From Candidatus Fraserbacteria bacterium (GTDB lineage: Bacteria > Bipolaricaulota > Bipolaricaulia > RBG-16-55-9), in assembly GCA_037442925.1 (NCBI GenBank), contig JBBIPG010000014.1, positions 1 to 44,672 on the forward strand: a DNA stretch of 44,672 nucleotides. The letters are read 5' to 3'. Below, in pieces: positions 37,989 to 44,672 of this stretch; position 1 is the first letter of the stretch; every line of letters starts with the position of its first letter. The notes below the pieces were generated by a model. The model was given only the letters and a program-made list of their open reading frames with translations. It did not search any database and was not told where the DNA came from. Both the position numbers and the translations under genes were made by a program.

Positions 37989-39338
37989 ATGAAACTCTCG
38001 CTGAGTGCGAAACTCTATGTGTGGCTAGTAACCTTCGCTACACTCTCTGTACTTGCCTACTTTGTATCCGAGATCACCCAACTACGACAAGGTCTATCTA
38101 TACCAACGGATGATTTCCTGTGGACTTTGCTTATCTTCTCAGTTCTCGCCTTCTTCGCTCAAATCTACGAGGTTGAGCTCGTTTATAAGAGGATGACATC
38201 AACAGCTATATCTATTTGCTTGGCAACTGTCCTTCTCGGTGGATTGCCTCTCGCTATTGCAGTAACCCTTATTAGTACGCTTCTTGCAGAGCTTATTCTA
38301 CGATGGAGTAGACTGTCGGAAGGATTCATCGACCTCATTTGGCGTGTCGCCTTCAACACAGGTCAGTTTGTTCTTTCTGCTTTCGCAGCTGTTCTGGCAT
38401 TCAAACTATTAGGTGGACATCCATTGCTGCTCCGTGCTGAAAGGACATCAGAGTCATTAGTCTTCTATAACCAGTTGATTCCGGCCTTAGGAGCTTTCGT
38501 GACTTTCGCGCTCGTTAATACGTCATTTGTTTCCGGTATGCTGACTTTGTTTGAAAAGACCGCTTTCACGTACCACCTGCGCTTTAACTTGAAGCACCTT
38601 ATGGTGCAAATTCTCTCCTTAGGTGTGTTGGGCATCCTTATGGCAGTAGTTTACGCTCAGTCGCCCTGGAATCTCTTGCTCGTATTGGTCCCGTTAGGTC
38701 TTGTGCACGTCTCGCTCCGCAATTACATGAAGTTACGCCATGAAGCCCAAAAGACCTTTGAACACATAGCTGACTTGCTAAACGAACGGGATTCCTACAC
38801 TGCTAGACATTCCAACGAAACCGCGGAGCTGGCTGAGAAGATTGCAAGGAAACTTAAACTTCACCAAGATGAGATTGAAAAGGTCAAATCAGCTGCTATC
38901 ATCCATGACATCGGAAAGGTGATGGTCCCAGATCACATCCTTCAGAAGCCCGACTCTCTCACAGAAGAAGAATGGCGAATCATGCGGATGCACCCCGATA
39001 TAGGAGCCGATCTCCTCAAGGAGCTAGAGATGTACAGGGATATTGTCGACGTTATCCGCCATGAACATGAGCATTGGGATGGCGGCGGGTATCCAAAGGG
39101 CCTTAAAGGTAATGAGATTCCCATCGGCTCCCGTATTGTTGCTGCTGCTGACATATACAATGCATTGACAACTGATCGACCATATAGGCGGGCGTATTCT
39201 CACGAGGAGGCTCTCAAGAGAATGTGTGAGATGAGCGGCGTAGAGCTAGACCCTCAAGTTGTAGACGCCCTCCTAAGCGCATTGGAGGACACTCAAGCTC
39301 AGTCGAGTTCTCCACCCAAGAAGACTGCCACCGCCTAG
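37989..39338 (+). CDS. Membrane-anchored HD-GYP cyclic-dinucleotide phosphodiesterase 1
   Basis: N-terminal multi-TM sensor; RDSYT..HS, HDIGK, HPDIG, WDGGGYP, RIVAAAD, DRPYR. Confidence 0.92.
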   Translation: MKLSLSAKLYVWLVTFATLSVLAYFVSEITQLRQGLSIPTDDFLWTLLIFSVLAFFAQIYEVELVYKRMTSTAISICLATVLLGGLPLAIAVTLISTLLAELILRWSRLSEGFIDLIWRVAFNTGQFVLSAFAAVLAFKLLGGHPLLLRAERTSESLVFYNQLIPALGAFVTFALVNTSFVSGMLTLFEKTAFTYHLRFNLKHLMVQILSLGVLGILMAVVYAQSPWNLLLVLVPLGLVHVSLRNYMKLRHEAQKTFEHIADLLNERDSYTARHSNETAELAEKIARKLKLHQDEIEKVKSAAIIHDIGKVMVPDHILQKPDSLTEEEWRIMRMHPDIGADLLKELEMYRDIVDVIRHEHEHWDGGGYPKGLKGNEIPIGSRIVAAADIYNALTTDRPYRRAYSHEEALKRMCEMSGVELDPQVVDALLSALEDTQAQSSSPPKKTATA

Positions 39339-39386
39339 AAAAGCCTCACAAACTTGCCAAATGAAGCTTACACCAGCGTGAAACAG

Positions 39387-39414
39387 TTGACTTTCCCATT
39401 TGTACTCCTATAAT
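39387..39414 (+). promoter_or_regulatory. Internal sigma70 promoter for HD-GYP gene 2
   Basis: TTGACT-16 nt-TATAAT, ATG 9 nt downstream, no SD. Confidence 0.55.
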
Positions 39415-39423
39415 AAGCTTCAA

Positions 39424-40761
39424 ATGCAACTTTCGCTTAGTGCAAAGATATATATAGGTTTAATCTCAGTACTTACGCTCTTTGCCGTCGCATACTTTAC
39501 TCCTCGGATTCTCTGGCTGTCGCAAGATCTGACTATCGCACAAGCTATCAGCATCTTCGCTGTACTCGGATTCTTGACTCAAATCTACGAGGTCGAACTG
39601 ATCTACGGCAGACGTACTTCAACGATGGCTGCGATTAACATGGCAGTTATCCTGCTGGGTGGAATACCGCTTGCAATAGCAGTCACCCTTCTGGCTACTC
39701 TGATGGCAGAAATCATACTACGTTGGGGCAAACTTGCAACAGGTTTCATGAACTTTGCCTACCGAGTCTGTTTCAATACGGGTCAACTTGTTCTTTCCAC
39801 GCTGATCGGCGCTTTAACTTTCGACTTGCTTGGTGGAAGACCGTTCCTACTCAATAACGACCTTATCCAAGATGATCTTGTATTCCTTAATCAAATGACC
39901 TCAGCTGGCGGTGCCTTTGCGGCACATATAATCACAAATACATCATTGGTTTCTGGAATTCTCACGCTCTTCGAAAAGACGGCCTTCACCTATCACTTAT
40001 GGTTTAGTTTAAGGCACTTCTTGCTGCAAGTTCTGTCATTAGGCATCTTAGGTATTCTTCTGGCTCGGATTTATGCACTTTCGCCTTGGAACCTCTTGGT
40101 AATCTTGATTCCTTTAGGTTTAGTGCACATCTCACTTCGCAACTACATGAAGCTGCGTCACCAAGCCCAAAAGACCTTCGAGCGCGTGGCCCAACTGCTC
40201 AGCGACCGCGATCCCTATACCTACGAACATTCCAGCGAAGTCGCTGACCTCGCCGAGAAGATCGCCCGTAAACTCAAGCTTCCTCAAGAACAGATCGAGC
40301 ACGTCAGATCCGCCGCCGCCATCCACGATATAGGTAAACTGGGTGTTCCTGACCGAATCTTGCACAAGCCCGGCCCCCTTACCGACGAAGAATGGGTCAT
40401 CATGAAAAAACACCCTGACATCGGCGCTAATCTACTCAAAGACCTCGAAATCGATGCCTACATCATCGACATCGTCCGCCATGAACACGAACGCTGGGAT
40501 GGCTCCGGCTATCCAGGCGGCCTTAAGGGCGAGCGAATTCCCATGGGAGCCCGGATCGTCGCTGTGGCCGATGTCTATAACGCCCTCACTACCGATCGGC
40601 CCTACCGCCCCGCCTACTCCCACGAAGAAGCCCTCAGGATACTCCAAAAGATGCGCGGCACCGAACTCGATCCCCAGGTTGTGGATGCGCTCTTCAGCGT
40701 GCTCGAAGACACCTCCACATTATTAGCAACTCATACTCTGATAAGGGCGGAGGCTCACTGA
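39424..40761 (+). CDS. Membrane-anchored HD-GYP cyclic-dinucleotide phosphodiesterase 2 (paralog of 1)
   Basis: Start MQLSLSAKIY parallels MKLSLSAKLY; HDIGK, WDGSGYP, DRPYR. Confidence 0.92.
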   Translation: MQLSLSAKIYIGLISVLTLFAVAYFTPRILWLSQDLTIAQAISIFAVLGFLTQIYEVELIYGRRTSTMAAINMAVILLGGIPLAIAVTLLATLMAEIILRWGKLATGFMNFAYRVCFNTGQLVLSTLIGALTFDLLGGRPFLLNNDLIQDDLVFLNQMTSAGGAFAAHIITNTSLVSGILTLFEKTAFTYHLWFSLRHFLLQVLSLGILGILLARIYALSPWNLLVILIPLGLVHISLRNYMKLRHQAQKTFERVAQLLSDRDPYTYEHSSEVADLAEKIARKLKLPQEQIEHVRSAAAIHDIGKLGVPDRILHKPGPLTDEEWVIMKKHPDIGANLLKDLEIDAYIIDIVRHEHERWDGSGYPGGLKGERIPMGARIVAVADVYNALTTDRPYRPAYSHEEALRILQKMRGTELDPQVVDALFSVLEDTSTLLATHTLIRAEAH

Positions 40762-40763
40762 AC

Positions 40764-41312
40764 ATGTTGCTGCTCTGGGCCTTGCCAATTGGCATCTTGA
40801 TCGGCTACATCCGCGGCGGACGCCTTTCCCACCTGGCAAAACTTGAACTGCGCGGCGCTTGGCTGGTTCTCCTCGCTCTTGCGATCCAGTTGCTCATCTT
40901 CCCGCTGGGATCATCCAGGAAACCCATCATTTCGTTCGCAACAGAGTACTTCCATCTCGCTTCCTACGCTCTTCTTGTGATCTTTGTGGTTCTTAACTGG
41001 CGGGAATGGGGGATTCTCGCGATGGGCGTGGGCATGGCACTTAATCTGATCGTGATCACAGCCAACGGGGGGTATATGCCCACACAGCCAGAGCTGCTAG
41101 AAGCCGCAGGCCGCTGGGAAGCAGCTGCCAAACTTCGTGAAACCTGCACCTACGCTAACAACACCTGTATGGGCCCCGAAACTCCTCTCTGGTTCTTGGC
41201 AGATATCTTCTACGTGCCGGCTGGGGTGCCGTTTGCGAACGTCTTTAGCGTGGGGGATCTCCTGCTTGCTTTGGGATTGATCGTCTTCCTTCAAGCCAGA
41301 ATGCGGCCCTGA
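40764..41312 (+). CDS. DUF5317-family membrane protein
   Basis: GYIRGGRLSHL, NLIVITANGGYMP, LADIF, NVFSVGD; family recognised from motifs. Confidence 0.8.
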   Translation: MLLLWALPIGILIGYIRGGRLSHLAKLELRGAWLVLLALAIQLLIFPLGSSRKPIISFATEYFHLASYALLVIFVVLNWREWGILAMGVGMALNLIVITANGGYMPTQPELLEAAGRWEAAAKLRETCTYANNTCMGPETPLWFLADIFYVPAGVPFANVFSVGDLLLALGLIVFLQARMRP

Positions 41313-41361
41313 GCAGGATATGCACGCCAGGGCCGCTCAAAACTCTATATTCAGCAGGCTC

Positions 41362-41682
41362 TTACGTGTGGTGATTCTGCTGCTGGACGGCCAGGGCCCG
41401 CTGAACGTCCTTCTCTTCCGCCAGGCCTTCTTGGACTAGGATCTCCCCAATGCGCCGCTTGTTGCCTCCCTTCTTCTGCTGCTCGAGGGCCTTCTCCAGG
41501 TCTTTGAAAGAGACCCTCCCCATGTCGGCCAGAATCTCGCCCAGTTTCTTCCGCCCCTCGAAGTATTGCTCCAAAACCGTGAGGATCACGGCGCTACGAC
41601 TCTTGCGATCCCGATACGCCTTCTCATCGATCTTGTCAATGAGATACTGGTCCGCCTTGGTGTAGTAGATTGTCATCTGCAC
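41362..41682 (-). CDS. Ribbon-helix-helix protein fused to a tandem MshEN c-di-GMP-binding motif
   Basis: GGAGGAGGAG RBS before GTG; N-terminal MQMTIYYT strand and RKSRSAVILTVLEQYF helix; two 24-aa motifs KLGEILADMGRVSFKDLEKALEQQ and RIGEILVQEGLAEEKDVQRALAVQ. Confidence 0.8.
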   Translation of the reverse strand: MQMTIYYTKADQYLIDKIDEKAYRDRKSRSAVILTVLEQYFEGRKKLGEILADMGRVSFKDLEKALEQQKKGGNKRRIGEILVQEGLAEEKDVQRALAVQQQNHHT

Positions 41683-41709
41683 GGTCTATCTCCTCCTCCC
41701 GATTCCCTC

Positions 41710-41770
41710 GACTCACATGAGCGATTCTATGAGTCTACCCCAAGGTAGCACACTTTAGATAAAAATTCAA
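41710..41770 (-). promoter_or_regulatory. Promoter and inverted repeat upstream of the RHH-MshEN gene
   Basis: Minus strand TTGAAT-17-TACCTT with extended TG; GACTCA-N14-TGAGTC (41710-41735) directly after the predicted start site. Confidence 0.5.
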
Positions 41771-41906
41771 GGTGAACCCACATGCAAACTAAGAGCTATC
41801 GTGCATGAAACAGACAAGCGCGCCCTAACCCGCAGACAAAGTTCCTATGGACAAGGTTCTTGCAGGCCTATAGTAATACACGTCATATGGGAGGGGAGTG
41901 AGCCCG

Positions 41907-42479
41907 ATGCGGCTAAAGAATATGCGTCTCATCGTTGCATTGATTGGATTGTCTATTCTTCTGGTTTCCACAGCGCCTGCAACGGCCCAAGCACAGCTCG
42001 TCAACCCACAGCGGGGTATAGGTCTGTCGGTCACGTTTCCATTTGGCTTCCTGCCAACCGTGCCTTTGACGAATACGGCCACCTTCTTCTTGAACTTGCT
42101 GGCCCAAGGACAGATCAGTGGAGAACTCGTGTATCAAACGGAACTGCGCTTCTTCATCGACGCTCTTGGCTTCCAGACGGCTTTGACCTCGATACGGGAA
42201 TCCGTGCTCATCTTGTTCACTCCCTCTCCGGCGTCCTTCTACATTGGAGCCGGGCTGGGGGCCTTCCCCATCCGCGTCCCGGCCGTGCCATCGGATGGCT
42301 TCTTGCTCTCGTTCCTCATCCGAACCGGAGTGGAAGTGCAGGTCTTCCCCTTGGGGCTCTTCCTCGATATCACGTATGAGACGATGCCTCAGCCGTTTGC
42401 CGATATCGCTGGTGGCACGTTCACACCGGCGACGATCTCAGCCCTGCAGCTCAGTTTTGGAGCTCTGATCCACTTCTAA
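41907..42479 (+). CDS. Exported protein, probable outer-membrane beta-barrel
   Basis: Signal peptide ending A-x-A, alternating hydrophobic strands, C-terminal LQLSFGALIHF with terminal Phe. Confidence 0.65.
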   Translation: MRLKNMRLIVALIGLSILLVSTAPATAQAQLVNPQRGIGLSVTFPFGFLPTVPLTNTATFFLNLLAQGQISGELVYQTELRFFIDALGFQTALTSIRESVLILFTPSPASFYIGAGLGAFPIRVPAVPSDGFLLSFLIRTGVEVQVFPLGLFLDITYETMPQPFADIAGGTFTPATISALQLSFGALIHF

Positions 42480-42531
42480 ATTCATAGCGCCGAGCGAATA
42501 GCTATCCGTAGATATATCCCTTTTATCCCCC

Positions 42532-42560
42532 TTGACATATTAACAATCTTATGCTAGTAT
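42532..42560 (+). promoter_or_regulatory. sigma70 promoter of the lipoprotein gene
   Basis: TTGACA-17 nt-TAGTAT with extended TG. Confidence 0.75.
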
Positions 42561-42588
42561 ATCCCTGCGATCAAAAGGGGGATAGACC

Positions 42589-44592
42589 ATGAAAAAACTT
42601 CACAGGCTCGGTTTCGGCGGACTCCTCCTGCTCCTCGGAATTCTCACCGGATGTTCCCAGCTCTTTCCCAACGATCCACTGAAAGACTCCTCAGACACGC
42701 TAGAACTCTCAGGCACATCCGCTTGGCTCATCGCTGCTCAAGGTCAGGGTGGATCTCCCAACTGTGTGAGGGATCTCGCTCCTGGCCAGGCCAAGAAACT
42801 GGCAGAGAAGGCCCTCAAGGACAAACGAGAGATCCAATTACTCCAGCAGGCTCTCGAACGCCGGGGCAAGAAGCTCGTACTCAGCAAGGCCCACGGCTGC
42901 CAGGTGAAGGGCAAGCTTGGCGGCCAAGGACTCAGCACTCAACAGGAAGCCGCTACAGAAGCCACCCTGGTGGAAGTGCCTGCGGGCTCGGATGCGGCTC
43001 TGTATTTGTTGGAGAACGAGACGGTGGACGAAGGCAACTACTGGGCCGCGCTCAGGGAATCCGCAGAAGGTGGCGAGACGCTGGTCCATATTGAAGTCGG
43101 CCTAGCAAGCGATACCGGGGTGCAAGGGTTGAGCACGGAGCCTGGGGAGGCGAAGCTCTTCCTCCCCGATGAGCTGGGCACGCAAGAGGTGGCTTCAGAT
43201 CTTGAACAGCTCTTGGCAGAATCGGCCACCATGAGTGCGGGTGTAAGAGCCCTGCAGACGGAAGCGCTAGACTGGGCGAATGCGGAAGTAGTCTTGGATA
43301 AGACTTCTGTGACAGTCAACGCCGATGGGTCGGAGGAGATGGAGGCATTAGTGGTTGTGCCCCAGATGGAGTCGACAACTCAACAGCTGTGGAGCAGGAG
43401 CCGGCCTTCTATCGATGTGGAGCGGGCCACACATGTGAAGGTGACGGTGAGGAGAACACCGCCGTCGCCGAGCAACCCGCGACCCCAGCTGCAGGTGGTC
43501 AGACCCACTCCAGAGCAGCCAGTGGTGCTGCCCATAGTGAAGAAGGGAGTTGAGCTGAAGCCAGCGTTCCAGTATTGTCCGTATCGGCATTACGGACGGT
43601 TGAGCTCGTTCAGCAGGGTGATGTGCCAGGATTCTTGGAAGCAGTGGTATGGAAAGCAGTGGGCTAGTAACGCTGTTCAGAGCAAGGTACTTCAAGCATC
43701 GGGAGCTGCCGCGAGTTCGGATACGTATAACATCACCTATGCGAGGGATGGTAAACGTGGGATCGATCTTCTTGCTGCAGGCTTCGACAACTTGAACCCG
43801 TCAGACCTGCAAAGGATGTTCGATTATGTTGCTACTACCAACCAAGCGAGCATTCTAGTACAACTGCCGTCTGAGGTCCTGCAGCGTTGGGAGCAAGCCC
43901 AACCTCTGTTTAACGGGATCTCAGACGAGCAGTTCACGACCTGGTTAAGAGCCTTGGCCGAAGCCATGCAGCAAGGGACATTTGACCAAGTATATGACCA
44001 GCTGCTCACTCAGGGTATAACTCAGCTAGAAGAGGCCATTATGGTTCTAAATGGCACAAATGATCGGAACATCGCAAAGAGCATCATTAGGGAGATGGCA
44101 CAGAAGCTACCAAAACCCCGAACTTCTCTCACGGCCACACTGTTTCCATCGAACGTGGAGCAGGCGATCATCGACTATATGAACTTGGCAAGGGACCACC
44201 TGGAACGTGTATTCTTGAATCTCCAAGCGAGTCGTGAGATAAGTGAGTTACTGTTAACAGGATTCGGCTTAGGCAAGATCGTGGAGAAGATCTGCGGAAC
44301 AGTTTCTCCAGTCTGTAGCAAATTCGTAGAGGATACTCTCTCCGCAATACTACCGAAACAACCGTATGCAGTCATAAATGAACTCATGAATCTATGGGAT
44401 AGAGTAATCTCGAATCTCGAACTTGTTGACCCCACGGGGAATGTGGCCTTAAAGTTCTCCGATGCAATGAATACGATCATTCAATGGTTTAAGTTCGGAA
44501 ACTTGACTTTCTGGAGACTTGGGCCAGAGCAACCGGGTCACCAGCCAGCCGAGCCAGGCCTGACAGAGGACAAACTAGAAGCGGTCTCATAA
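42589..44592 (+). CDS. Large lipoprotein of unknown function, probably truncated at the 3' end by an IS insertion
   Basis: MKK plus hydrophobic segment and LTG-C lipobox; the stop codon lies within the putative IS end. Confidence 0.8.
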   Translation: MKKLHRLGFGGLLLLLGILTGCSQLFPNDPLKDSSDTLELSGTSAWLIAAQGQGGSPNCVRDLAPGQAKKLAEKALKDKREIQLLQQALERRGKKLVLSKAHGCQVKGKLGGQGLSTQQEAATEATLVEVPAGSDAALYLLENETVDEGNYWAALRESAEGGETLVHIEVGLASDTGVQGLSTEPGEAKLFLPDELGTQEVASDLEQLLAESATMSAGVRALQTEALDWANAEVVLDKTSVTVNADGSEEMEALVVVPQMESTTQQLWSRSRPSIDVERATHVKVTVRRTPPSPSNPRPQLQVVRPTPEQPVVLPIVKKGVELKPAFQYCPYRHYGRLSSFSRVMCQDSWKQWYGKQWASNAVQSKVLQASGAAASSDTYNITYARDGKRGIDLLAAGFDNLNPSDLQRMFDYVATTNQASILVQLPSEVLQRWEQAQPLFNGISDEQFTTWLRALAEAMQQGTFDQVYDQLLTQGITQLEEAIMVLNGTNDRNIAKSIIREMAQKLPKPRTSLTATLFPSNVEQAIIDYMNLARDHLERVFLNLQASREISELLLTGFGLGKIVEKICGTVSPVCSKFVEDTLSAILPKQPYAVINELMNLWDRVISNLELVDPTGNVALKFSDAMNTIIQWFKFGNLTFWRLGPEQPGHQPAEPGLTEDKLEAVS

Positions 44593-44672
44593 ATAGCGAG
44601 GGATTTGCTATGATGGGGCATGGCTCGCAGAGAAGAGTTAACCGACGAACAGTGGAAGATCATCCAGCCGCT
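44578..44672 (+). mobile_element. Left end of an IS5-family element; transposase starts at 44620 and runs off the window
   Basis: MARREELTDEQWKIIQP is the typical IS5/DUF4096 transposase N-terminus (LTDEQW..I.P); CTAG at 44575-44578 followed by IR-like GAAGCGGTCTCATAA. Confidence 0.75.

Noticed and set aside
41801..42379. 192-aa alternative-frame ORF
   Set aside because: It overlaps the signal-peptide-bearing ORF at 41907 in another frame and lacks motifs

Overview
Bacterial chromosomal window, mostly ordinary housekeeping and accessory genes. The gene style, with beta-barrel-like exported proteins, lipoproteins and an archaeal-type PIN-ATPase, is compatible with a deep-branching lineage such as Bipolaricaulota/Acetothermia; this is inference only. 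Contents in order: BTAD-ATPase-TPR regulator; priA; an ECF sigma/anti-sigma/DUF4097 operon with a readable duplicated promoter motif; tatA; an SDR; a TetR-DUF899(pseudogene)-DinB unit with a palindromic operator; a GAF-PIN/ATPase-sigma70-LigD phosphoesterase-MBL operon; tRNA-Leu(GAG) followed by plsX-fabH-fabD-fabG-acpP; an NHL-metzincin protein; hisS; a RelE-type toxin-antitoxin pair; a frameshifted LamG-dockerin relic; an M20 peptidase; an MFS transporter; a promoter-driven ~200-nt structured ncRNA candidate; serC, mraY, ispF, a ZIP transporter and xseB; and a lipoprotein apparently cut by an IS5-family element at the right edge. The most interesting locus is 37.7-41.8 kb. An unannotated 51-aa peptide ORF with a strong RBS is followed by a stem-loop, two membrane-anchored HD-GYP phosphodiesterases and a DUF5317 membrane protein with signal-peptidase-II-like Asp motifs. 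Converging on these is a small ribbon-helix-helix protein fused to a tandem MshEN c-di-GMP-binding motif. Together they look like a peptide-signal to cyclic-dinucleotide to transcription-factor circuit, which is a hypothesis and not established. All calls come from reading motifs by eye; no database searches were run.
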